Below are positions 33,601 through 40,776 of a DNA stretch of 42,824 bases, in pieces. The DNA is from a virus (taxonomy: Duplodnaviria; Caudoviricetes). The notes under the pieces were generated by a model. That model was not told where the DNA came from. It was given only the letters and a program-made list of their open reading frames with translations, and ran no database searches. The translations under genes were made by a program, and so were the position numbers. The DNA lies in the IMG/VR virus record IMGVR_UViG_3300032233_002377, positions 1 through 42,824 of that record; one strand, 5' to 3'. The number at the start of each line of letters is the position of its first letter. Positions within the stretch are counted from its first letter, which is position 1.

Positions 33601-36600
33601 ATCCATCAACATAGTTTGGTCGTAATTGTGAATTAGTTTCTTTTAATAATTTGTAACTGGATTTTACAGGTCTATATGAAGACCCATCAAGTATATTTGA
33701 TCCATAAATTGGATTTCCATCATATGCCCAACCAAGTATTGGATAATTTTCATCTACATTATCTTTTACTATTGTTTTTAAATTTGTTGGTGGATAAAAA
33801 TGAACAAATTTTAAACCAAAATCTTCATTTGTGCTTGGTACAATATATCCTTCATCACCAGAAAGATTATTTTTTGATACTTGATTTATTTTCCATTCAT
33901 AAACATTGCTTCCAAATAATGCTCCTGATCCTCTTCTTTGTATTGTAAGTTGAGTATTATTATCGTATCCGACACCACCATTTAATATTTGTACAGATGA
34001 CAATTTTCCATTTACAATAACTGGTATAATATCTGCATATTTTCCATTGCCATTAATATTAGTAATAACAACATCTACATCATTTCCATATCCACTTCCA
34101 TAATTTAATATTTGAACATCAACAATTATTCCATTTGTTATTAATGGTTTTAAAATTGCTTCTGAAATACTTGAAATTTCAATATCTGGTTTCCTATGGA
34201 AATTAATAATATCTGTACAACCATACCCAACTCCAGATTTTTGAAGAAAAACGCTTTCAATTGGACCAGTAACAATTGGTTGAAGAACTGGTTGAACTAT
34301 TGATGTTTGTGCAATTCCAGGAAGTGCTTCAATTTTTATTGTAATTGGAGGATATGAAAAAGTATGGAAATCAGTATCACTTGCAATTTCCGTAAAATTT
34401 ACATATTTTTTATTGATATAATTTGAATCTGCAAATAAAGTTCCAATTCCAGCATCAGAAAGTTTGAAACTATTTTCATCAATAACAGTCACAAAATATT
34501 GAGTTGTAGTAGATAAACCACCAATAGAATTATTTGTATATGAATATATTACTATATCTTTATTATTAAAATTGTGCCCATTTGCAGTGATGTAATTATC
34601 GTAAGTATTAATTCCAGAAGAGATCGTAATTGATTTATTTGAATATCCCGATCCTGAATTTTTTACATATATTTTATTGATTGTATTTTTGGAATTTAAA
34701 GTTTTGAATGAATGAATGCCAGAACTAATTCCAACAATATCAATATTATTTGTTTTATTTAATGCATCACTTAAACTTTTATAAAGTTTTATTTGATTAG
34801 TTGTTACTATTCCAACAAAATAAACTGCATCTGTTGATAGTGGGGAATCTATATATCCTGCTGTAAATGGATTAGTATCACGATATGTTACACTACTATT
34901 TCCATTTGAATTATAAATTACTTGTTCACCATCATTGAAATTGTGATTTGTAGTAAAAGTAATAATATTTGTACTATAATTTACTCCAACATCACCTTTA
35001 AATGGTGACACAATTCTTGCTTTTAATAAATTTGGTTCCAGAACAGCACCTGATCCATTTCCACCTTCAATGGTAATTTTTGGTTTTGTTTGATATCCAA
35101 TTCCAGGAGAAAGAATTTTAATGTCTTTTACACTTCCAGAAATATTAGGAGTTAAAATTGCTCCTGTTCCGGTATCATCAGAAACAACAAGTGTTGGGGG
35201 ATTGATTGCATCATATCCAGATCCACCTTTTTCTACAAAAACATTATCAAGTTTTCCATAATAAATGCTTTCATTTAAAACAGTAGGTGAATATAATTCA
35301 ACACCATTTATCAAAAGACCAATTGGACGATTTATTGTAGATTTGTCTTGATAATAATCAAAAATATTTTCTTTTTGTGTTAAATTAAATTTTTTAAGTA
35401 ATTTTTGGTGATTTAATTTTTTTGAACCATTTGTTTTATTATTATAATAACCTTCTTTTATTACACAATCTGTTGATGAAGTAATTCCAGAAATATAACT
35501 TCCTTTATATAAATCACTTTGATTAAATGATAGATATAATTGATTTGAATTAATTTTTTTAATAAAATAATAACTACTTGAAATTCCAGAACCAGGAGAA
35601 GAAACATAATATATTTTTTCTCCTGTTTGCAAATTATGCGTAGTAGTTGTTGTAAATATACTTCCTACACCTGCTTGAATATTATATTGATCAATCTGTG
35701 AAGTAATAGAATAATTAGGAATACCACTAGATGAAACAAAGAAATTATCAAAATTATAGTCAGAGTAAGTATTTTGCACTCCTGCTGGTAAAATACTTAC
35801 TTCTGAAAAATTAGAACTAGATCCCTTTTGGATTGTTTTAGTTAATATATTTTTATTTGATAAGTCAATATTTGTGTTGACTCTTACCTCTTTAGAGAAA
35901 AAATTATAATCAGTTACTTGCGTAGTAAATGGAACATCATTTACATCATTTGTATTTGTGAATACTACAGTTTCTCCGATAATAAATTTTACATCATCAT
36001 AAGTATTAAATACATATACATTTATATCTCCAGTAATTCTTTCTTTAAATAAAATATTATGAGATGTTGGAATATTATAAATCCAACTATTTAATTGAAC
36101 ATTATCATTTAAATCTGTTCCAAAACTTAATAGAGATACTTTATCTCCAACTCTTATCTTTTTAGTTTTTGAATAATCAATATCACTAATAATATTAATT
36201 AATCTAAATTTTATTAATGAACCATCGTCAAGATAAGAATATAAAAAATTCTTTTCTAAAATAACATCATTGTATTGTAAATTTGAAGTTAATCCAGTTA
36301 CACCAAGAAATTGATTTGTTGTTTTATCTGAATACTGAATTTCAATAGGATTTACTAATCCTGTTGGATAAACAGTAAGAATAGAAGTTGTAAATCCAAT
36401 TGTAGAATCAACTAAAATTGAACTAGAATCAGCAGAAACTGATTCTAATACATTAGTTTTTTTAGTTGCATTGAAATTTAAAATAAATGAAGTATCATCA
36501 AGAGAAATTTCATATAAATTTTTTCCTTCAAGTGGACGATATTCTACATTATAAATTGCTGCACTTGCTGTTCCAACTCCAGCAACAGTTTGAAATATGC

Positions 36601-37384
36601 TTTTTCCTCGTAACTTTGCTGGATCTCCACCACTTATTTTTTCTACTAAAATATTTTTAGTAATAAAACTTTTGTTATCAGATGGTCTAAGTAAATAATC
36701 TTTTGGTTTAATTACATCAATCTCACTACCAAAAAGAATACGAAATAAAATTTTAAAAGAAGTATCTGTTCCTTTTGAAATATAAAAATCTTTTGCTCTA
36801 CTCAAAATTGTTTGTAAATTTATACCAGAATGAAATTCTCTACCTTCAAATCCTGGTAAAAATTGAACTTTAAATTTTTCAAATATTTTTTCAAAAAATA
36901 TTAAACTTAAATTATTAACAATAGAGTTTTCAGTATGTTCTTCTGCATTTGTTAAAGTAAAATTTAAAAATTCAACATTATTTGACTGCGAAAGACTATC
37001 AACTCCACTAAATCCACGAATACAACCAGTAAAAGAAGTTGAAGTTTTTCCTGTATATGTAATAATTTCATCATCAATTTTCAATAAACCATATTTACTG
37101 GGAAAACCATTTGTATGATTTACATTAATTGTATCATCAAATGCAATTATATTCGATGATAAAACACAAGAAACTTTTGTAGTATAGAAAGTTTCATCAT
37201 TAAAATTTTCTATACTTTTATATTTGTTTAAATTGTTTGATAAATCTACAATTCCTGTTTGATATTCTTGAGAAATATAATATTGCTGCAAGAATTCCTT
37301 AAATAACGGATAATCTTCATTTAAAAACTCTGGAATTTGAGATTCAACTAAAGACTGAATTTTTACTGATTTGATTTCCGTCAT
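24623..37384 (-). CDS. gp7: Giant baseplate wedge initiator (gp7-like), 4253 aa, multi-domain
   Basis: N-terminal SQIPEF...YPLFKEFLQQYY and AKDFYISKGT..SFKILFRILFG; DNNYYQKFSYAIKS...VHPSG; between gp6 and gp8. Confidence 0.88.
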   Translation of the reverse strand: MTEIKSVKIQSLVESQIPEFLNEDYPLFKEFLQQYYISQEYQTGIVDLSNNLNKYKSIENFNDETFYTTKVSCVLSSNIIAFDDTINVNHTNGFPSKYGLLKIDDEIITYTGKTSTSFTGCIRGFSGVDSLSQSNNVEFLNFTLTNAEEHTENSIVNNLSLIFFEKIFEKFKVQFLPGFEGREFHSGINLQTILSRAKDFYISKGTDTSFKILFRILFGSEIDVIKPKDYLLRPSDNKSFITKNILVEKISGGDPAKLRGKSIFQTVAGVGTASAAIYNVEYRPLEGKNLYEISLDDTSFILNFNATKKTNVLESVSADSSSILVDSTIGFTTSILTVYPTGLVNPIEIQYSDKTTNQFLGVTGLTSNLQYNDVILEKNFLYSYLDDGSLIKFRLINIISDIDYSKTKKIRVGDKVSLLSFGTDLNDNVQLNSWIYNIPTSHNILFKERITGDINVYVFNTYDDVKFIIGETVVFTNTNDVNDVPFTTQVTDYNFFSKEVRVNTNIDLSNKNILTKTIQKGSSSNFSEVSILPAGVQNTYSDYNFDNFFVSSSGIPNYSITSQIDQYNIQAGVGSIFTTTTTHNLQTGEKIYYVSSPGSGISSSYYFIKKINSNQLYLSFNQSDLYKGSYISGITSSTDCVIKEGYYNNKTNGSKKLNHQKLLKKFNLTQKENIFDYYQDKSTINRPIGLLINGVELYSPTVLNESIYYGKLDNVFVEKGGSGYDAINPPTLVVSDDTGTGAILTPNISGSVKDIKILSPGIGYQTKPKITIEGGNGSGAVLEPNLLKARIVSPFKGDVGVNYSTNIITFTTNHNFNDGEQVIYNSNGNSSVTYRDTNPFTAGYIDSPLSTDAVYFVGIVTTNQIKLYKSLSDALNKTNNIDIVGISSGIHSFKTLNSKNTINKIYVKNSGSGYSNKSITISSGINTYDNYITANGHNFNNKDIVIYSYTNNSIGGLSTTTQYFVTVIDENSFKLSDAGIGTLFADSNYINKKYVNFTEIASDTDFHTFSYPPITIKIEALPGIAQTSIVQPVLQPIVTGPIESVFLQKSGVGYGCTDIINFHRKPDIEISSISEAILKPLITNGIIVDVQILNYGSGYGNDVDVVITNINGNGKYADIIPVIVNGKLSSVQILNGGVGYDNNTQLTIQRRGSGALFGSNVYEWKINQVSKNNLSGDEGYIVPSTNEDFGLKFVHFYPPTNLKTIVKDNVDENYPILGWAYDGNPIYGSNILDGSSYRPVKSSYKLLKETNSQLRPNYVDGFFVQDYQYFYSIGDLDEYNGKYLSSTPEFPNGTYAYFSTNDYPYVIGNQFKNNPISQNYDGQFDQNINFENIDIVRNNSPYFINSNQSNYGLLNSVDKKYKQDFIVTKTLSSGINSITIYDSGNNYKVNDNLNFNNEFTEGTGVSAVVSRVKGKDISNIIVGISTFNNVVFYNKSNIIFGVTGTPHNLLDQDQILVSSISDSNYKNLEGYKKINVFQKTVGLTSSILSQSLTGVSTSILVTDISGFEVNDYIQIDSEVLKITNIVSEKSSFIVNRYDNFSGVHTAGISSVNLLPTKFNFVQENVTSSSYNNDVIYFNPSNSVGVGTSGTNYFVSGIGVTNIFVPSRSIYIPNHTFYTGQQLTYNTGTSNQGLLVSNTGTGTTFSLQDSQTVYALNFGVDFVGLSTLGFTTSSGIGTQLNSLYFRDNYNVGYSHSLTTNYNLIQGRVENYSVNVSTAQTHELITGDKVIFNLFPNRNETITFRYDPIIRKITTEKIAFDPSTGINTSNSTVNIPNNSFITGDKVVYYAGGNSPIGGLNDNTTYFILKENPDRISLCNYGYDASVGISTVILTSSSTGIHYFAKINPQINATQGNTIGFDVSDSSLNNMQLVLYSDRNFTKELETYNYNNLILTTQTKNYPNQIYYNFIAKDFASNVQKQISSDSEVLNSNQIKLNKSVYNKEYSIIGIGSTSFKFDLSKKPETTSYTSISGITSIFYDTDSLNAKGPISKIKINASGKGYKKLPKITSITSGIGTDSILRTDSNNLGKIDLLERVKDGFDYPTDVTLNPYLGVPAVAQIKDISRVDYVGVITGGKNYNYPPILKVIENDKIKLSASLQGQSVTSVSINQNTNDLIVPLNIISTNNSNGYDINDIKISGNDVILELINVDNQIYPLFSNTYGSSNVQFPFSVGDKIFIERCRIFDEYDTKGDLIVRTNYNSKNYNYQFFTVTGISTINYTVTYSASGISTNFGIYDIRFGPGYVVNEKDIAKFQMFIVDDLSYTSGESVFGYDKSGNNVFSATVMENGWDNDINEIRMNNCKGDLKIGNKLKGQISKLEGTVKNVNQFKLKTSLGVSRDKINNFSDPVGITNDYLQRISDNNYYQKFSYAIKSQISYDKWKEPVKSLVHPSGYKEFSDLNVIGIPTDGPVNIGIAKSSNMIVSTASSLSLLVEIDNLASFNTRNNFATAVDDNIFEDGSVESVVLTGVDLTPYLLCNTNKVLQINDISDQFTGSKTYTSIATTSVTFDSSNPFNLGVSTSGLQIGDYIGFSTLLKDPIDTTIISIGINSIGIGTFYGHKVISGITTQTLTFNRLLPGNSIVGLSSFKLTNSIGTSFYPLFYKEFDSSNSITTSVNLSSQYFAIPNHNFQTGQNIIYSYGNNTPIGIATTSILESSVIVQNTSGNIPYLSVASTDSSVIMEVSGGGYIGSAIYENGYNVAISTTISGTSAVVSSSASKNVFYGFGNPFPQKSTTGIGTNAKFSVFIVYDGTGTPISTSLVLNNGGNYYGIGNTVSISGTYIGGTTPTNDLSFKVSKIANTGISTQANQSYSNVPGTSVTGFGTGAKFNVSRDSSGIVNSISIAYGGVGYALTNNISIAGTYVGGSTPLDNIYVSPTVLGSNILPKNVYVKKIDNNNFRVSGLNTTTENVLYLTSVGVGSHSFALKDPNPSVLIQLDNIIQSPVYRRNLYTTLSSNVGISSTTIYVSSGISSISGLDFLQIDNEYLKIVNIGIGSTNSINVERGFLGSIANTHNSGAAVTIVRGDFNIVNDTIYFTQPPYGKIIYGQSSDNTGFTTSLSVTSSFEGRAFSRKFDAIAKPNDKNLILDDISIQFTGRSTPIGIFTGSLDSNYPSSILGIDTSSFALGDTINVQYSNNLLLPLNTIINSIGIGSITIIPTHNNLIGIATTTFTVIRNNFILKSNNQNVVGLYTNSNTILNSVSNINNNPIILINNVSQVSGKDFIIDTPGNNTIKFISGVPNAGKIVRVAITTGYGYQPLVGASATVSVSAAGTISNVYLTGYGSGYVVAPNISIASTIGTGSTITATVGSGGTITSLSIVNPGSGYTNTSLPIVSIEIPRSYSNLSLLYAGGSSGVGTDAQVSVVVGNGSSIIGFNLDNPGYGYKVGEVLKVSGITTNPTVGVGFSEFRITVQEVLTDKFSGYYPGQFIKFDDISNYFDGVKTKFTLTVTENGITDIFAFRVPDGSDLDPNKNIFIFIDDILQSPNYSYSVATSLSNIKKQNYSYTVQNSRIIFTDAPKKGSKCNILFYRGSDLDVEQIDPPKTIKPGDNIKIKNDLYDQTIRSQFDRVVKKIVTYDQLDTFTYNSFGINASVFRPMDWTKQITDTIINGVLYSKARPDLKSRVIPSAQIIKQVLPSDSSIYVDNAYPLFVDIDSNKGLTQTLRNVEIIENRVISPAMGTAIVSSGSTISSVVVSFGGSGYINNTSPNVIIPPSRIYKKDITYNWSGIVGLTTSYEFKSISYGNIFVSVGTSSLVGTSVDGINWKNSTLGYGKTTSFNSINVSPSNVYVAVGDTGTIINSVGIGTTISSWKKLNLLTGTQDFLNNITYSPNSFVGTFNDVVYSSTTDIWVVVGSSGVIFSAVGVGSTNFIQRQSSSNTLNSITTNQNQFVGVGSNGQLVTSDNGLTWTNSTNTPSVNLNKVIWDGNKYVVVGDKVNGFGYIATSLDGKNWTSITSNISDNLKNIKYYENVYYTLNDSGKLYFSFDLANWTNRSTNQSNKINDIIYNSSLTLTSAVGSSGTAIYATPIYNKATATASVVNGQVSSVNMTNSGFGYPLDYNLPVLFESDTTKNEMIYSISAQGDYGTIVNVSVASSTISFTLKSDSYPIGIGYSSLNSFGINYSQISIGDYFIISNSNSICGHALTGITTSLGGLSNYPTSKVGTATTYLDGVYRAERVSTDVNSGIVTVGCNFAPGPSGYPISVSVGVNTFYGRYSWSKIYNYFNRSNFKPKTFTLNVDNGLIGISSGPTVYRTRGII

Positions 37385-37385
37385 C

Positions 37386-39266
37386 TTATCTCGTATAATA
37401 TCCGTTTACGTAACTTGAAGAAACTGCGTATTGAGTTCCTGAAATATTTTGACCAGAAGAAAGTGTGTCCTCTATCATATTTACTACTATGTTAGGAATA
37501 TTTAGTTCCAAATAAATGTCCTTTACTGAGATTACATCATTAGATTCTGGCAATGCTTCGATCTGAATTCCTTCTGCATTTTGTGATGAAGTAATTATAA
37601 CAGGATTTAATTTAATTTCTCCTCTTTTATAATTAACTGTTCCTGCATTCGTATCTGTAATTACGGGAATGTTATTAACAAGTTTAAAATATACTACTGT
37701 TCCTTTTTCATTATTGATAGGTCTATCAGTTAGATATAACGTATCAGCAACATTTTTAATTGTAAAACCAGAAGATCTTATATTATATCCAAATCCATTA
37801 TCTGATGTTTTCTTTAAGTGAAAACTATTTCCATAACATATTTCATAATTAGCAAGTGCATTCAATTGTGGTTGAAGATTTCTTCTAATTTTGACAGTTG
37901 TAATATTTGATGTAATAGCATTGCTTGTATTATCAATCAAAGATATTAATTTACTATATTTAAATCTTCCTCCAAAATTATTTACTTCTGATGATGCTGC
38001 ATAAGTTTTAATTGTATTATAAACTTTTGATTGTAAATCAAGAACATTTGAAACCATAGATTTGTTATAATATACATTGATTTGAGATTCAATATACAAA
38101 TATTTTAAATCGATTATTTCTTGTTCAATACCGGCAATAGAATATTGCTTTAATTGTTTTTTGATATCTTGTTTTGTAATTTGTGATAAAAATGAACCAT
38201 TTCTTGGTTTAATTGATAATAGAACTTTACCATATTGTGGAGGGTCAAGTTCATCTCCACCATATGCATTTACTGATTCTACATTTGGAAAAAGATAAGT
38301 AATCAATCCTTTATAATCATTTGCAGTTACTGCTCTATACTGTGAAGAATATACTCTTGGACCTAGATACTTAACTGATTCGGTTGATTCAATTTCATCT
38401 CCATTTTGTGATGTTTGTATGGTGGTTAATAATGAGATTCCACTTGTAATTGGAGATCCATTATTATCTATCAATATACCAGAAAATGTAAAATTGGAAG
38501 CACCATTTGCACTACTACCATTGGTAACAATGTAGGTAATGAACAAACTACTTCCACTGATTGGTTTTTTTCCTAAAATATCATCTCCGAATAAAATTTC
38601 ATATTTTTCATCTGCTACTTCTTGAAGTAAAAATATTTTACTATTTGAATCTACATTAAAAATATTTGAATACTGTTTATATTCTTCTGTGACTTCAGTA
38701 CGAACAAGAGTTCTAATTGTTGATGTATCAACATTTGGATTTGGAATTATAAATCTTTGATTTGGTTGGGAAGAATCAACCACAAAAGTTTTTGTTAAAT
38801 ATGATCCTTCATAAATTACAACATCATTAAAATATGCAATTCCACTATCATCTACATTTACTGTAATATCTTCTGGTATTGAAAATATATAATTTCCATT
38901 TTGTGCAGCACCAAGAGCAACAATTCCAGACTTTAAAGTAACAGTTCTTGATTTTAATGTCGATACATTTGCACTAAAGCTAACTTTTGCAGTTGATGCT
39001 CTTTTTGATCTTGGAACATAACCAATATTTCTTGCAAGAGAAACTACATTCTCTCTTAAAGTGGCTGAATCTATAAAAGATTCATTCACTGCCATATTTG
39101 TATTAAATGAATTAATATAAGAATTGTATGCTAATAAATCAATTAATGTAGAAAAGTTAGATCCTTCAAAATCAAAATCCGTGAAATTACTATTTGATCT
39201 CAGATAATCTTTAATCTGAGATCGAAGAGAATTAAAATCTAAATTTGTAAATTGATTAAAAGCCAT
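37386..39266 (-). CDS. gp6: Baseplate wedge subunit
   Basis: LDFNSLRSQIKDYL, FTDFDFEGSN, ESFIDSATLRENVVSLARNIGYVPRS, QYRAVTANDY. Confidence 0.96.
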   Translation of the reverse strand: MAFNQFTNLDFNSLRSQIKDYLRSNSNFTDFDFEGSNFSTLIDLLAYNSYINSFNTNMAVNESFIDSATLRENVVSLARNIGYVPRSKRASTAKVSFSANVSTLKSRTVTLKSGIVALGAAQNGNYIFSIPEDITVNVDDSGIAYFNDVVIYEGSYLTKTFVVDSSQPNQRFIIPNPNVDTSTIRTLVRTEVTEEYKQYSNIFNVDSNSKIFLLQEVADEKYEILFGDDILGKKPISGSSLFITYIVTNGSSANGASNFTFSGILIDNNGSPITSGISLLTTIQTSQNGDEIESTESVKYLGPRVYSSQYRAVTANDYKGLITYLFPNVESVNAYGGDELDPPQYGKVLLSIKPRNGSFLSQITKQDIKKQLKQYSIAGIEQEIIDLKYLYIESQINVYYNKSMVSNVLDLQSKVYNTIKTYAASSEVNNFGGRFKYSKLISLIDNTSNAITSNITTVKIRRNLQPQLNALANYEICYGNSFHLKKTSDNGFGYNIRSSGFTIKNVADTLYLTDRPINNEKGTVVYFKLVNNIPVITDTNAGTVNYKRGEIKLNPVIITSSQNAEGIQIEALPESNDVISVKDIYLELNIPNIVVNMIEDTLSSGQNISGTQYAVSSSYVNGYYTR

Positions 39267-39667
39267 TATACTCTAGTTGGTTGTAGTAAAAACTCTATAT
39301 TTTGAACTGGAAAAGGCAAACCAACGATATTATATGAAATTCTTATATTTAAATCATTTGTATCATCTGGAGCATCAACGTAAACAGAATTTAATGTGAT
39401 TCTTGGTTCAAAGTTATTTAATACATTTTGTATTTCTTCTTGAATTAATGTAGATGTCTCACTTCCCTGTAATTCAAAAAGTGATCTTTGAACAGATGTT
39501 CCCAACAAATTATTAAAAAATCTCTCACCAATCTCAGTTCTAACTAGATTGATAACAGATTTTTTAATTGCATCTTCATTTTTTAGAATTGTCACATCAT
39601 TTGTAATTGGATTTCTAGCAAAAGATAAACTAATATCTTTAAATGCTCTAGAAATTTGAAGTGCCAT
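39266..39667 (-). CDS. gp25: Baseplate wedge subunit (gp25/GPW family)
   Basis: FKDISLSF, NEDAIKKSVINLVRT.IGERFF, NFEPRI; ATG at 39667 preferred over TTG at 39670. Confidence 0.93.
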   Translation of the reverse strand: MALQISRAFKDISLSFARNPITNDVTILKNEDAIKKSVINLVRTEIGERFFNNLLGTSVQRSLFELQGSETSTLIQEEIQNVLNNFEPRITLNSVYVDAPDDTNDLNIRISYNIVGLPFPVQNIEFLLQPTRV

Positions 39668-39704
39668 CAAATGTTTGAAATACTTATTATATCTATAATA
39701 GTTC

Positions 39705-39878
39705 TCAAATCATTTTTCCATAAGTTGGTTCTGTTCCATAGTCCCAATCATCATAATCTTCATCATTGCGAATGATTTCATGCAATTCAGTTTGTTTTTT
39801 TAAATTATGTTTTGGGGCAGTATCATTCATGACCTCTTGAAGTATTCTTTTTTGAGAATTTTCTGATTCAAATAACAT
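39705..39878 (-). CDS. Hypothetical 57-aa protein (not in ORF track)
   Basis: AGGAGCTAAA-ATG; MLFESENSQKRILQEVMNDTAPKHNLKKQTELHEIIRNDEDYDDWDYGTEPTYGKMI*. Confidence 0.7.
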   Translation of the reverse strand: MLFESENSQKRILQEVMNDTAPKHNLKKQTELHEIIRNDEDYDDWDYGTEPTYGKMI

Positions 39879-39940
39879 TTTAGCTCCTGTTTTAAAAATT
39901 AAAACAGAACTTTTATAAAGGAGGTTGCTATCTCCCTATG
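39879..39940 (-). promoter_or_regulatory. Structured 5' leader: hairpin/pseudoknot plus RBS-occluding hairpin (candidate cis-regulatory RNA)
   Basis: GGGAG-AUAGCAAC-CUCCU stem-loop, A-rich linker, then perfect 9-bp hairpin CUGUUUUAA-UUU-UUAAAACAG extending into AGGA; TAAATA at 39943-39948 just upstream. Confidence 0.5.
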
Positions 39941-39945
39941 TTTAT

Positions 39946-40287
39946 TTAACGATCTAGATGACGAAGTTTATAATTATCTGAATTTAGATATTTTAATAGT
40001 TCCAATACAATCAATTTTGGATTTCCTACTCCACATGTATATGCATCTATTGCAATACAACCTTTTTCTGGCCATGTATGACAAGAAACATGACTTTCTT
40101 CCAATGCAATTACAATCGTAATCCCCTGAGGATAGAAACAATGTTGAAAAATATTCAAAATAGTCATTCCAGCACGTTGAATACCATTTTCCATCACCTC
40201 TTGAAGGGTAATTCCATCATTTAGAAGGTCATGGTTTACGTCATAGACCTCCAAAAGAAGGTGATTGCCCATCGAAAAGTGTTCCAA
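39946..40287 (-). CDS. speD: S-adenosylmethionine decarboxylase proenzyme family (pyruvoyl-dependent)
   Basis: GNHLLLEVY, F.PQGIT....LEESHVSCHTWPE.G..AIDAYTCG; E-S autocleavage site; TTG start (alternative ATG five codons in). Confidence 0.92.
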   Translation of the reverse strand: MEHFSMGNHLLLEVYDVNHDLLNDGITLQEVMENGIQRAGMTILNIFQHCFYPQGITIVIALEESHVSCHTWPEKGCIAIDAYTCGVGNPKLIVLELLKYLNSDNYKLRHLDR

Positions 40288-40307
40288 TTCTTATTTCTTG
40301 CAGTATT

Positions 40308-40523
40308 TTATTTATTTTTACTTAAATCTTCTATATTTACACGATTAAAAGTATAATTTTTCTGAATTCGGACATCAGGGTTTGCAAAAGTCCAACATTC
40401 TCCACTTTCATCAAGAAAAACAACCCATTCTAAATGATGTTCTTGTGATCGATCAATTAAAAAAAATGCCCAACCATTACCTTTTGGTGTAATGACTGGG
40501 ATTGTAGGATTTAACTGAATCAT
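40308..40523 (-). CDS. Hypothetical protein, 71 aa
   Basis: ATGA overlap with upstream peptide ORF; globular-looking MIQLNPTIPVITPKGNGWAFFLID...EWVVFLDESGECWTF. Confidence 0.75.
   Translation of the reverse strand: MIQLNPTIPVITPKGNGWAFFLIDRSQEHHLEWVVFLDESGECWTFANPDVRIQKNYTFNRVNIEDLSKNK
40309..40316 (-). promoter_or_regulatory. Late promoter AATAAATA upstream of speD
   Basis: NATAAATA overlapping the stop of the 71-aa ORF. Confidence 0.55.
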
Positions 40524-40642
40524 TTTTTCTTTTTAGAGTTCGATGCGTTCTTTTGTGCAGTACTACGACATTGACCAGTTGCCTTTCTTTTGTCTCCGTT
40601 ACCAAAAGTAGGATTCTTTTTTGGTTTCTTTGCTGCTGCCAT
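40520..40642 (-). CDS. Basic 40-aa peptide (not in ORF track)
   Basis: MAAAKKPKKNPTFGNGDKRKATGQCRSTAQKNASNSKKKK*; TAATG coupling upstream and ATGA coupling downstream. Confidence 0.7.
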   Translation of the reverse strand: MAAAKKPKKNPTFGNGDKRKATGQCRSTAQKNASNSKKKK

Positions 40643-40776
40643 TATTTTCCTTGACCTCGATAAGGTTTTCTTGCATTATTACGACTTGTTCTTGCATATT
40701 TAGTATTCTTTCCATTACCTTGAAGAGTATTCTTTGGATTACTCTCAATCTTCATTTCTTTTTTTGCTGCTGCCAT
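40642..40776 (-). CDS. Basic 44-aa peptide (not in ORF track)
   Basis: Strong RBS GAGGAG; MAAAKKEMKIESNPKNTLQGNGKNTKYARTSRNNARKPYRGQGK*. Confidence 0.8.
   Translation of the reverse strand: MAAAKKEMKIESNPKNTLQGNGKNTKYARTSRNNARKPYRGQGK

Noticed and set aside
1160-33948. Many short plus-strand ORFs (e.g. 1714-2103, 15983-16447, 29949-30269)
   Set aside because: All lie opposite clear structural genes, with no recognisable motifs; explained by codon bias on the coding strand.
39905-39940. Calling the leader a canonical preQ1-I or SAM-II/SAM-V riboswitch
   Set aside because: Overall shape is similar but key conserved nucleotides do not match; reported only as a candidate variant.
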